Assembly: GCA_034932905.1 (NCBI GenBank)
Contig: JAYFOF010000002.1
Span: 70,074-134,073 of the forward strand
Length of the DNA stretch: 64,000 bases
Direction of reading: 5' to 3'
Origin: Erysipelotrichaceae bacterium
GTDB lineage: Bacteria > Bacillota_I > Bacilli_A > Erysipelotrichales > Erysipelotrichaceae
The first letter of the stretch is position 1; every line of letters starts with the position of its first letter. The notes beneath the pieces were generated by a model. That model was given only the letters and a program-made list of their open reading frames with translations. It ran no database searches and was not told the DNA's origin. A program made the position numbers and the translations under genes. Positions 8,741 through 17,374 of this stretch are shown here, piece by piece.

Positions 8741-9781
8741 ATGTCAGAAATGATGGATGCCTTAGTTAAGACGGAAGCTGAACCTGGTTTGATAATGAAG
8801 AAAATGCCTAAGCCTGAACCTAAAATGGGCGAGGTCCTGATAAAGATTCACAAGACAGCCATTTGCGGAACTGATGTGCATATTTATAATTGGGATCAAT
8901 GGAGCCGGCAGAATATTGTTTTACCGCTGATTATCGGCCACGAATATGTCGGCGAAATCGTGGAATTAGGAACCGGCGTCAGAGGGTTCGCAATCGGAGA
9001 ATTAGTATCCGGCGAAGGCCATATCGTCTGCGGTCACTGCCGAAACTGCCGGGCTGGTAACGGTCAATGGTGTAAAGACACGAAAGGCGTCGGTGTAAAT
9101 CGTGACGGAGCTTTTGCAGAGTACATATGTATACCGGCCAGCAATGTCGTAGCGGTGAATCCGAACATTCCGGAAGACATCATCTCCTTCTTTGATGCTT
9201 ACGGCAATGCCACTCATACCGCTTTAATGTTCGATGTTGTCGGTGAGGACGTCCTAATCACCGGAGCTGGCCCGATTGGTATGATGGCTTGTGCGATCTG
9301 TTTGAAAAACGGTGCACGCAGCGTTGTTGTGACGGATGTTAATGACTATCGGCTTGAGATCTGCAAAAAACTCAACGCAACCGCAACCGTAAATATAACA
9401 AGACAGCGGATTGAGGATATTTACGGCGAAAGACATATTATTGAAGGCTTCGATGTCGGACTGGAAATGAGCGGGTCCGGCAGCGCCTTGAATTCCATGA
9501 TCAGTCATATGCGCAACGGCGGAAAGATCGCTTTATTGGGAATACAGGAGCCAAATGCTCTGATTGATCTTAATGCGGTCATATTTAAAGGATTAACCGT
9601 ACAAGGCATCTACGGACGTAAAATGTTTGAAACATGGTATAAAATGTCCGCAATGATTGAAGGCGGATTGGATTTATCCCCAATTATCACGCATCGTTAT
9701 CATTATACGGATTATGAAAAAGGATTTGCGGCAATGAAAAGCGGCAATTCCGGTAAGGTTGTCCTTGACTGGACGAAATAG
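8741..9781 (+). CDS. tdh: L-threonine 3-dehydrogenase (Zn-dependent MDR family)
   Basis: [32 protein letters not shown] and GAGPIGMM motifs. The start is moved to [10 protein letters not shown] (RBS AAGGAG). The partner gene kbl follows. Confidence 0.9.
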   Translation: MSEMMDALVKTEAEPGLIMKKMPKPEPKMGEVLIKIHKTAICGTDVHIYNWDQWSRQNIVLPLIIGHEYVGEIVELGTGVRGFAIGELVSGEGHIVCGHCRNCRAGNGQWCKDTKGVGVNRDGAFAEYICIPASNVVAVNPNIPEDIISFFDAYGNATHTALMFDVVGEDVLITGAGPIGMMACAICLKNGARSVVVTDVNDYRLEICKKLNATATVNITRQRIEDIYGERHIIEGFDVGLEMSGSGSALNSMISHMRNGGKIALLGIQEPNALIDLNAVIFKGLTVQGIYGRKMFETWYKMSAMIEGGLDLSPIITHRYHYTDYEKGFAAMKSGNSGKVVLDWTK

Positions 9782-9788
9782 GAGCAAC

Positions 9789-10970
9789 ATGAAAACAGCA
9801 CTAAGCTACTACCAGCATACACTTGATGATATTAGAACGACCGGAACATACAAGTCCGAACGCATCATCATGACCCCCCAGATGGCTATGATCGATACTG
9901 ATGCCAGAAAACAAGTTCTGAATATGTGTGCTAATAATTACTTAGGATTAGCTAATGATCCGCGCATCATCCAAGCAGCTGCGGCCAGTTATGAAACCTG
10001 GGGTTATGGATTATCATCCGTACGTTTTATCTGTGGCACGCAAGCCATCCATAAACAGTTGGAAGCCAGTCTTTCCGACTTTCTAAAGATGGATGACACC
10101 ATCCTTTATTCTTCATGTTTTGATGCCAACGGCGGATTGTTTGAAACACTTTTAAACAATGAGGACGCTGTTATTTCCGATGAACTTAATCATGCCAGTA
10201 TCATTGACGGCATTCGCTTAAGCAAAGCCAGACGCCTGCGTTATAAAAATAATGATATGGAAGATCTGCGCCGGCAGTTAGAGACTGCCAAGACAGCCCG
10301 AATTAAAATGATTGTCACCGATGGCGTTTTTTCCATGGATGGCTATATTGCCAACTTACGAGGAATTTGTGATCTGGCAGATGAATATGATGCCTTGGTA
10401 ATGGTTGACGACAGTCACGCAGTCGGTTTTATGGGAAAAACCGGACGCGGCACCCCGGAACATTGTCAAGTCATGGAGCGTATTGATATTCTTACCGGCA
10501 CACTTGGTAAGGCACTTGGCGGAGCTTCCGGCGGTTATACTTCATCCCATCAGATTATTATCGATCTGCTGCGTCAGCGTTCGCGCCCCTACCTTTTTTC
10601 CAATACACTGGCTCCGGCAATCTGTGCCGCATCGCTGAAAGCACTGGAAATACTCAAAACCTCGACAGCATTAAGAGATAAATTAGCGGAGAACACCTTA
10701 TATTTCCGAACCGAACTGAAAAAAATCGGTTTAGCCATCTTGGATGGTACGCACCCGATTGTTCCAATCATGCTTTTTGATGCTCATATCGCCAGTGAAT
10801 TCGCCAGCCGGATGCTAGATAAAGGCGTCTACGTCGTCGGATTCAGTTATCCGGTCGTCCCCGATGGCAAGGCTCGTATCCGGACTCAGGTTTCAGCAGG
10901 GCATTCCCGCTCTGATCTCGATTATGCACTTAAATGTTTTGGCGAAGTAAAAGCTGAAATGCGAATTTAA
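9789..10970 (+). CDS. kbl: Glycine C-acetyltransferase (2-amino-3-ketobutyrate CoA ligase)
   Basis: Alpha-oxoamine synthase motifs: [26 protein letters not shown] and [13 protein letters not shown] with the PLP lysine. Start at MKTALSYY. Confidence 0.92.
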   Translation: MKTALSYYQHTLDDIRTTGTYKSERIIMTPQMAMIDTDARKQVLNMCANNYLGLANDPRIIQAAAASYETWGYGLSSVRFICGTQAIHKQLEASLSDFLKMDDTILYSSCFDANGGLFETLLNNEDAVISDELNHASIIDGIRLSKARRLRYKNNDMEDLRRQLETAKTARIKMIVTDGVFSMDGYIANLRGICDLADEYDALVMVDDSHAVGFMGKTGRGTPEHCQVMERIDILTGTLGKALGGASGGYTSSHQIIIDLLRQRSRPYLFSNTLAPAICAASLKALEILKTSTALRDKLAENTLYFRTELKKIGLAILDGTHPIVPIMLFDAHIASEFASRMLDKGVYVVGFSYPVVPDGKARIRTQVSAGHSRSDLDYALKCFGEVKAEMRI

Positions 10971-11001
10971 CACTACTTCATTTAGAAAAGGCAGGCAGAT
11001 A

Positions 11002-12456
11002 ATGAGAACTATTATTATTTTTAATGACACGATGAAGCGCAATTACTTGACGCCTTATAATCCGAATTCTGATGTTATTGCGCCGAATTTAACAGCTTTT
11101 TCTCATGATTCCGTTACTTTTGATAACCATTTCGTTGGTTCGATGCCCTGTATGCCGGCTCGTCGCGACCTCATGACCGGACGCTTGAATTTTCTTGAAC
11201 GTTCATGGGGACCAATTGAAATATATGATCAGACTTTACCGGAATTGCTTTTTAAGTCCGGCATTCGTTCACACATTATCACAGATCATGCCCACTATTT
11301 TCGATTAGGCGGCGAGAATTATTGTCAAGCATATAATACTTTCGAATTTTTCCGCGGACAGGAATCGGACCAATGGGTATCACTGATTGATGACCCAGCG
11401 ATGCCAACGGATTATTTCGGGTTAGTTAAGCGGCAATACGAATGTAATCGTATCAGATTTAAAGAAGAAAAAGACTATCCCAGTGTAAAGTGCTTTGCGG
11501 CCGCAAAAAGATGGATTCAAGAAAACAAAAATGCTCAGGACTTCTTATTAACCATAGAAACCTTTGATCCTCATGAACCTTTTGATCTTCCGCAGAAATA
11601 TTTGGATCTGTATCAAGACAACTACACCGGACCGCGTTTTGATTTACCAAAATATCATCAGATTAGTGAAGAAACACCTGAAGCGATAAACCACCTCGTC
11701 AAGCGCTACAAAGGTTTAGTGACGATGACTGATAAACACTTTGGATCTTTCATTGATGAATTAAAGAAAAACCATATGTACGATGATACCATGATTATTG
11801 TAACGACTGATCATGGATTTTTCCTTGGCGAGCGGCAGCTGCTTGGTAAATCATTCATGCATAGTTACAATGAGATTGCAAATATCCCGTTAATGATTCA
11901 TCTGCCGAAACACGCTTTTCATGGCGAACGTCGCCGGGCTATAACACAGAACATCGATATCATGCCGACTATTTTGGATTATGCCGGCATCAACCAACCG
12001 GAAGCATGCACCGGCCGCTCCTTACGATCCGTTTTTGAGAATGATCGTGGACGTCCATACGCATTATATGGTACTTTCGGAGCAGCACTTAATTTTTTTA
12101 ACGGACAATACACTTATTTTAAAGCACCGGACTATACCAAGCCGCTCTTTGAATACACGACGGCCTTGACCACAATTCGCGGCTGGTTAGGGAAAAATCA
12201 AGCGGATCAGATTCAATTGGGTCATTTTCTACCGCATGTGCCGTATCCTGTATACCGAGTCCCCGCCGCCAATAACGCCTTGATCAGTGATTTCCGCTAT
12301 CTACAAAAAAGTCTGCTTTTTGATATTCAAAATGATTATGAACAACAGAATGATTTGCTCAGTAAAAATGATTGTACAGTATTTGATCGGCTTCTGCGTT
12401 CGGCACTAAAGGAAAATAATGCACCCTGCGAACTTATCGACCGTTTTAAACTCTAG
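11002..12456 (+). CDS. Cys-type sulfatase-family protein with no signal peptide
   Basis: SMPCMPARRDLMTGR contains the C-x-P-x-R formylglycine motif. Also NDT near the N-terminus and VTTDHG. No hydrophobic leader is visible. Confidence 0.82.
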   Translation: MRTIIIFNDTMKRNYLTPYNPNSDVIAPNLTAFSHDSVTFDNHFVGSMPCMPARRDLMTGRLNFLERSWGPIEIYDQTLPELLFKSGIRSHIITDHAHYFRLGGENYCQAYNTFEFFRGQESDQWVSLIDDPAMPTDYFGLVKRQYECNRIRFKEEKDYPSVKCFAAAKRWIQENKNAQDFLLTIETFDPHEPFDLPQKYLDLYQDNYTGPRFDLPKYHQISEETPEAINHLVKRYKGLVTMTDKHFGSFIDELKKNHMYDDTMIIVTTDHGFFLGERQLLGKSFMHSYNEIANIPLMIHLPKHAFHGERRRAITQNIDIMPTILDYAGINQPEACTGRSLRSVFENDRGRPYALYGTFGAALNFFNGQYTYFKAPDYTKPLFEYTTALTTIRGWLGKNQADQIQLGHFLPHVPYPVYRVPAANNALISDFRYLQKSLLFDIQNDYEQQNDLLSKNDCTVFDRLLRSALKENNAPCELIDRFKL

Positions 12457-12483
12457 GATAGCTGTTCGCAAAGAGCCATTCAT

Positions 12484-12512
12484 TTGACATGTCAAGCCAA
12501 ATAGTCTATATT
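12484..12512 (+). promoter_or_regulatory. Sigma-A-type promoter of the tmRNA gene
   Basis: TTGACA-17 nt-TATATT, ending 16 nt upstream of the mature 5' end. Confidence 0.6.
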
Positions 12513-12528
12513 GATATCACTCTTACAT

Positions 12529-12877
12529 GGGGGTGTCATGGTCTCGACAGGATCATGTTTGATTCAAGCTGCAGTGGAGTGATTACCTAATAATCAAACA
12601 AAATTAACTGGAAACAGAAATTTAGCTTTCGCTGCTTAATTAGTCAAATTTAGACTTCAGCGCGCTACCTGACGGTTGGCCATTGGCTGTCAAATTAGCG
12701 TCAGAAACAATGGATAAGCGTATCAAATCTTCTGTACTGATGCGTCGAAAACTTAACAGAAGACCCGTAAACGTTGTTGTCTGTTACTTAGTTTGCGGTA
12801 CGATAACAGACTAAACTGTAGACGCTTGAATGTGGAACTTTTCTTGGACAGGAGTTCGACTCTCCTCACCTCCACCA
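12529..12877 (+). ncRNA. ssrA: tmRNA (SsrA)
   Basis: The 5' GGGGGTG pairs with the 3' CACCTCC-A-CCA, including the G3:U70 alanine identity pair. A T-arm-like GGAGTTCGACTCTCC is present. The internal tag frame ...GGA AAC AGA AAT TTA GCT TTC GCT GCT TAA encodes ...GNRNLAFAA*, with the stop at 12637..12639. Confidence 0.93.
12861..12877 (+). repeat. attL core: TCTCCTCACCTCCACCA (the last 17 nt of tmRNA)
   Basis: An identical 17-mer recurs at 15051..15067. Confidence 0.85.
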
Positions 12878-12888
12878 AAGATTAATTA

Positions 12889-12912
12889 ACTGCTCTAAGT
12901 GGCGGTTTTTTT
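12889..12912 (+). terminator. Weak surrogate terminator supplied by the island just after tmRNA
   Basis: ACTGC tctaagtg GCGGT, a 5-bp stem including one G:U pair, followed by TTTTTTT. Confidence 0.35.
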
Positions 12913-12918
12913 ATTTGG

Positions 12919-12945
12919 TGAGAAGAATTTGAGAAGATAAATTAT
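12919..12945 (+). repeat. Tandem GAGAAGA motif (11-nt spacing), left copy; candidate integrase arm-type site
   Basis: TGAGAAGAATTTGAGAAGATAAATTAT matches TGAGAAGATTTTGAGAAGATTTATATT at 14928..14954, in the same orientation. Confidence 0.5.
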
Positions 12946-12960
12946 CTTTAATTTAAATTA

Positions 12961-13587
12961 TTACCTAGGCATTATTACATTACTTAAATAATTAGGTGCT
13001 GAATACAATTTACCTCGAGAACTTCTACACCATTCATTTCCATTAATATCAGTAAAAAAAATATATATATGAGCTTTAGTGTTCATACTGCAAATTGGTT
13101 CATAATCTTTAAATGTCTTGTTGTGTTTTCCTGGTATGATATATTCAAAATATTCATAATATTCAGCTAAATTAGTAGGAGTATGAATCTCATCAATATA
13201 TTTAAGCATTTCTTCCAATGATGGACTTTCGTACTGTATGGATACACATAGAATAACATCATATATTGGTAATTCTGATTGGTTAATTATATATATACCT
13301 GTTTTTTTGATGAATAACTTTTCGATTGGCAAATCTCTAGTTACAATTTTATTTCTACCCATTGGCGATTGTATACTCGTGTGTGATTGGGGTACCTCTT
13401 TTTCTTCTTCATCTTCCCATGCTGCAATCAAATTTGCTTGTTTTTTCTCTTCAATTCCATGTTGTCTATCTCTGTCTGTTTTCAATTGCCAAAATGCAAA
13501 ACAAATAGCTGCTACTGTTCCAATAGAACCAACCCAAACTCCTGTTATTTCAATAATATCAATATTCATACGCAGCCAGCTAATCAT
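12961..13587 (-). CDS. Hypothetical membrane-anchored protein (island cargo, no recognisable domain)
   Basis: I prefer the ATG at 13587 (MISWLRMNIDII...), which has GGAGGG 8 nt upstream; the track's TTG start at 13602 lies inside that RBS. One N-terminal TM helix (ITGVWVGSIGTVAAICFAFW), an acidic linker EDEEEKE, and a C-terminal domain of about 130 aa. Confidence 0.7.
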   Translation of the reverse strand: MISWLRMNIDIIEITGVWVGSIGTVAAICFAFWQLKTDRDRQHGIEEKKQANLIAAWEDEEEKEVPQSHTSIQSPMGRNKIVTRDLPIEKLFIKKTGIYIINQSELPIYDVILCVSIQYESPSLEEMLKYIDEIHTPTNLAEYYEYFEYIIPGKHNKTFKDYEPICSMNTKAHIYIFFTDINGNEWCRSSRGKLYSAPNYLSNVIMPR

Positions 13588-13632
13588 TATTGTTCCCTCC
13601 AAACCATAGATTAATTTTATTTCTTTATTTTA

Positions 13633-14709
13633 TTAAAAAATTACTGATGAATCAACGTAATTAATCAATTTTGACTCTGTTTCTTTGATAAGATGTGTAT
13701 AAACTTTTAATGTCATATTAACATCTGAATGTCCAAGTCTTTTGCTTACTGCTACTATATTAACACCAGAAGCTATCAAATTGGAAGCGTGAGAGTGTCT
13801 AAAGTCATGTATCCTAATACGCTTAACTCCAGCTTTCTTGATTGCGATTTCTTTTGCTCTATCTATGGAGGCAAGTACTAAAGGCTTAACTCTTCCAAAC
13901 ATGAACCATTCATTATTAAAACCGGGTTTCTTCATTTCTTCCATTTTGTAGTTATTGAAGTGTTGCGTTAAGTTACTACCAAGACCAATTGTTCGATAAC
14001 TAGACACATTCTTAGGCTGCTTAACCTCATAGGAGGCTTTTAGCGTCTTTCTAGTGATTGACTTAGTTATTGATATACTATCATCATGAAAATCGTTCCA
14101 AGTTAGTGCTAGAGCCTCGCCAAGTCTTGCACCAGTAAAATACAACATGATAAATAATTCTTTATATACTGGGATAGTAACTTCATTAATGAACTTCTTA
14201 AACTCTTCATCAGACCACACATTAGTTTCTTTATTTTTCTTCTTCATACTATCTTCGAAGTTTAATTTATATCTTTCTATGAAGTGTGTTGGATCTGATT
14301 TCAAGTTAAAGAACTTTTCAGCATGTTTGAAGATTGCTTTAAAAGTCTGAAGTACAGAATTCTTATAGACAGTGGAATAATTAAGTTGACCTAGTATCTC
14401 ATAATATTCTCTACAATCTAAATCGCTAATCTTTGCTATCTGTTTATCACTTTTGAAGTTAGGCAAGATATGTTTTTCTATCGAATTTCTACATTTATCA
14501 TAAGTGCCATAACAAACTTTGATTTTCTTATAAGCTAGAAAGTCATAGGCGACTTCTCTAAAGGTTTTATTGGTAACTTTAGGTTCATCAGTGAGCTTTA
14601 ACTTTGCTTCATAGAGGAGAGCTTCTTTTTTAGAATGAAAACCTCGTTTAGTAGTGTTATTGAACTTGATATACCATGTTGATTTGTTTTTATCTCTATA
14701 AGCTGGCAT
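13633..14709 (-). CDS. Tyrosine-type site-specific integrase (phage integrase family)
   Basis: The N-terminal arm-binding-like segment YRDKNKSTWYIKF is present. The catalytic residues are intact: ARLGE (R), HDFRHSHAS (H-x-x-R) and LGHSDVNMTLKVYTH (H...Y). Confidence 0.95.
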   Translation of the reverse strand: MPAYRDKNKSTWYIKFNNTTKRGFHSKKEALLYEAKLKLTDEPKVTNKTFREVAYDFLAYKKIKVCYGTYDKCRNSIEKHILPNFKSDKQIAKISDLDCREYYEILGQLNYSTVYKNSVLQTFKAIFKHAEKFFNLKSDPTHFIERYKLNFEDSMKKKNKETNVWSDEEFKKFINEVTIPVYKELFIMLYFTGARLGEALALTWNDFHDDSISITKSITRKTLKASYEVKQPKNVSSYRTIGLGSNLTQHFNNYKMEEMKKPGFNNEWFMFGRVKPLVLASIDRAKEIAIKKAGVKRIRIHDFRHSHASNLIASGVNIVAVSKRLGHSDVNMTLKVYTHLIKETESKLINYVDSSVIF

Positions 14710-14801
14710 AATAGCCTCTTGTCATATAGTTTAGTTCTGACACACGACACAGAAGTGTCCTAAAGGTAATACTACGCTTTAGTCCACTTGTTACAAGAAT
14801 T

Positions 14802-14838
14802 CCTATGCTATTCTGACATAAAGTCAGAATGCCATAGG
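14802..14838. repeat. 16-bp inverted repeat (14/16 matches, 5-nt spacer) in the integrase upstream region
   Basis: CCTATGCTATTCTGAC ataaa GTCAGAATGCCATAGG, about 95-130 nt upstream of the int start codon. Confidence 0.6.
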
Positions 14839-14927
14839 ATATTCTTTCCAATATCAATATTGAGGTAACTTTAATCATCAAATACCACATTCCTTTCATC
14901 ATTTTTACTGACATCAAATCAATACCA

Positions 14928-14954
14928 TTGAGAAGATTTTGAGAAGATTTATAT
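14928..14954 (+). repeat. Tandem GAGAAGA motif, right copy
   Basis: See 12919..12945. Confidence 0.5.
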
Positions 14955-15050
14955 TAACAAATATGAATTGATAAATTATAAATGTTGCTAAAGTCCCTAT
15001 TTATAAGGCTTTTGTAACTTAATAAACTTAAAAAATACGTTTTAAGCGTA

Positions 15051-15067
15051 TCTCCTCACCTCCACCA
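15051..15067 (+). repeat. attR core: TCTCCTCACCTCCACCA
   Basis: Exact duplicate of the tmRNA 3' end. Confidence 0.85.
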
Positions 15068-15076
15068 TAAAGTAAT

Positions 15077-15106
15077 AAACCGCTCGGATCGAGCGGTTTT
15101 ATTTTG
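15077..15106 (+). terminator. Strong intrinsic terminator, probably the ancestral ssrA terminator displaced by the insertion
   Basis: CCGCTCG gat CGAGCGG followed by TTTTATTTTG, 10 nt after the attR copy. Confidence 0.8.
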
Positions 15107-15600
15107 TTCTAGTTTGATTGAGAATGCTTTTGTTCTTTAGGCATTATCTATTGCATCATAGTCTGCGCATTGCGAAATTTTACAGCTATTTAAATAAATC
15201 TTTCTACAATATCGGCACAATCGGCTGCTTAGAACGAGCAATGATATTTATCAATATTATAACAATCATTAACCGTGATTGAAGTCATATATGGCATCTA
15301 GTGACTTGGATAAACAGAATACGAAATATTGTCATGAATTCAGTTCAAACCGCAAAACTCTTTGATATCAGCATCAATAAATCCGGGATAAGTTAAATTA
15401 AGACACCAAGGATCCGCCATACAGCAGTTCTATACAAGGACAGCCAAGATTTAATTATATGAAGTCACTTTAATTATATTGTCAGGCATGTTGTTTCCGC
15501 TTTCAGATTATTTAGGCTATAATAATTGTAAAGATCTCAGTTAAACTCTTACCCTATTGATAATTATCCATCTTCAATACATTATGAAAGGAGTCTTTAT

Positions 15601-16200
15601 TTGATGTTGAATCCAAGAAATAATCTAAAAGTTGATGATTTCATTCGGAATACAACGCAATGGCAGGTCGAATTTCAAAAGCTGCGACAGATCATTCAGT
15701 CTTTTGATCTTGACGAAGATCTAAAATGGGGAGTGCCTTGTTATACTTATAACGATAAAAATGTCTTGTTGATACATGGTTTTAAAGCCTACTGCGCTAT
15801 TCTTTTTATCAAAGGCGCTCTACTCTATGATGAAACACATTGTCTGATTCAACAGACAGCAAATGTGCAGGCCGGCCGACAGCTCCGGTTTAAGAATACC
15901 CAGGAGATTATTGAACAAGAATCCATGATTCGGGAGTTCATCACACAGGCAATTGTGATTGAGCAAAAAGGATTGAATATTGACTTCAAAACAACGAAGA
16001 ACTATAGTATTCCAACCGAATTACAGGAAGAATTTGATACAATCGCCGATCTTAAATCCGCATTTTATAAACTAACACCAGGAAGACAGAGAGCGTATTT
16101 ACTTTATTTCAATGCTCCGAAACAAACCATAACACGAACTAAACGAATCAAAAATGCTGTTCCCATGATCCTGCAGGGAAAAGGGCTTTACGATAACTGA
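15601..16200 (+). CDS. DUF1801 / YdeI-like domain protein
   Basis: LKWGVPCYTYNDKNVLLIHGFKAYCAILF matches the DUF1801 core. The C-terminal segment LTPGRQRAYLLYFNAPKQTITRTKRI is YdeI-like. The start is TTG 15601 or ATG 15604. Confidence 0.7.
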   Translation: MMLNPRNNLKVDDFIRNTTQWQVEFQKLRQIIQSFDLDEDLKWGVPCYTYNDKNVLLIHGFKAYCAILFIKGALLYDETHCLIQQTANVQAGRQLRFKNTQEIIEQESMIREFITQAIVIEQKGLNIDFKTTKNYSIPTELQEEFDTIADLKSAFYKLTPGRQRAYLLYFNAPKQTITRTKRIKNAVPMILQGKGLYDN

Positions 16201-16277
16201 CGATTCCTCCGTTGACAAACGGACAAGGTCTGTGTACTATTGCATTTGAACAAATCGTGTCAAGCGGAATTAATTTC

Positions 16278-16970
16278 ATGACCATTAAACAGCTGAAGTA
16301 TTCATTAAAACTTGTTTTTCCTTATACCCTTCCGGTTTTAACCGGATTTTTTATATTGGGTATTACATACGGCTTGCTGATGCAGACTAAGGGATATGGT
16401 GTTCTTTGGGCTGTTCTAATGAGTGCTGTAGCTTTTTGCGGCAGTATGCAGTTTGTGGCTATGACTCTTTTGACCACTGCATTTGATCCACTTCAAGCTT
16501 TTCTTTTAAGCTTTATGGTTAACACCCGACATCTTTTCTACGGCATTGCGATGCTGAAAAAATATCAAGGATTGGGTAAGTTGAAATACTTTCTGATCTA
16601 CACCCTTTGTGATGAGACCTTTTCCATTGTCTCAAGCGTTAAGATACCAGAAACGATGGATGCCAAAACATTCTATTTTCTGACTTCATTACTAGATTAT
16701 CTATACTGGGTCTTGGGTACTTTCCTGGGCAGTTTACTCGGGCCATTTATCACCTTTAATACCGAAGGCTTAGATTTCGTTCTGACCGCATTGTTTGTCG
16801 TCTTGTTTATGGAACAGATGAAAAAGAAAGAAAATCGGGTCTTTGGTTTAATTGGGATTAGTGCCTCAGTTTGTTGTTTATATCTTTTCGGATCAGCAAG
16901 TTTCATCATTCCGGCACTGATCCTAATCTTGTTAAGCTTGATGATCAAAGGAGGCACACAATGTTCCTAA
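16278..16970 (+). CDS. azlC: AzlC-family branched-chain amino acid transport protein
   Basis: Polytopic membrane protein containing SAVAFCGSMQFVA and NTRHLFYG. Followed by an overlapping azlD. Start placed at MTIKQLKYS. Confidence 0.85.
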   Translation: MTIKQLKYSLKLVFPYTLPVLTGFFILGITYGLLMQTKGYGVLWAVLMSAVAFCGSMQFVAMTLLTTAFDPLQAFLLSFMVNTRHLFYGIAMLKKYQGLGKLKYFLIYTLCDETFSIVSSVKIPETMDAKTFYFLTSLLDYLYWVLGTFLGSLLGPFITFNTEGLDFVLTALFVVLFMEQMKKKENRVFGLIGISASVCCLYLFGSASFIIPALILILLSLMIKGGTQCS

Positions 16971-17299
16971 CCCCGTTTCAAACCTTGTTGATCATTCTCG
17001 CTATTGCCGGCGGTACCGTTCTAACGCGTTTTATTCCGTTTTTTCTTTTCCCGGAATCGCAAGAACCGCCAAAAATAGTTCTTTACCTTGGTAAGGTCCT
17101 CCCGGCTGCGATGATGGGATTGCTTGTCGCTTATTGTCTGAAGAATATTAGTTTAGTGACTTATCCGTATGGCTTGCCGGAACTGCTGGCAATCACGGTC
17201 ATCGTCCTGCTGCACAAGTGGAAAAATAACGTGTTACTGAGTATTGGCGGTGGTACACTGATCTACATGCTGCTGATTCGATTGATATTTCGTCAATAA
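16961..17299 (+). CDS. azlD: AzlD-family branched-chain amino acid transport protein
   Basis: About 112 aa with 4 TM helices. Its ATG overlaps the azlC stop (ATGTTCCTAA). Confidence 0.82.
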   Translation: MFLTPFQTLLIILAIAGGTVLTRFIPFFLFPESQEPPKIVLYLGKVLPAAMMGLLVAYCLKNISLVTYPYGLPELLAITVIVLLHKWKNNVLLSIGGGTLIYMLLIRLIFRQ

Positions 17300-17374
17300 G
17301 CAGCGGAAGGGAATGCCAGATATTGACAATTAAATCAAAAACATTTAGGATTAAACTCTAACGGAGGTGTTTTC

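Larger units (their letters stand above)
12861..15067. mobile_element. Small integrative element (about 2.2 kb) inserted in the 3' end of the tmRNA gene
   Basis: 17-bp direct repeats sit at both ends. The interior is AT-rich and encodes a tyrosine integrase plus one unknown gene. An ssrA-type terminator lies displaced beyond the right repeat. Confidence 0.8.

Noticed and set aside
14696-14917. 73-aa minus-strand ORF upstream of, and overlapping, the integrase start; considered as a possible excisionase or regulator
   Set aside because: It has no RBS, spans the long inverted repeat, overlaps the int start out of frame, and its sequence is hydrophobic and low-complexity rather than HTH-like.
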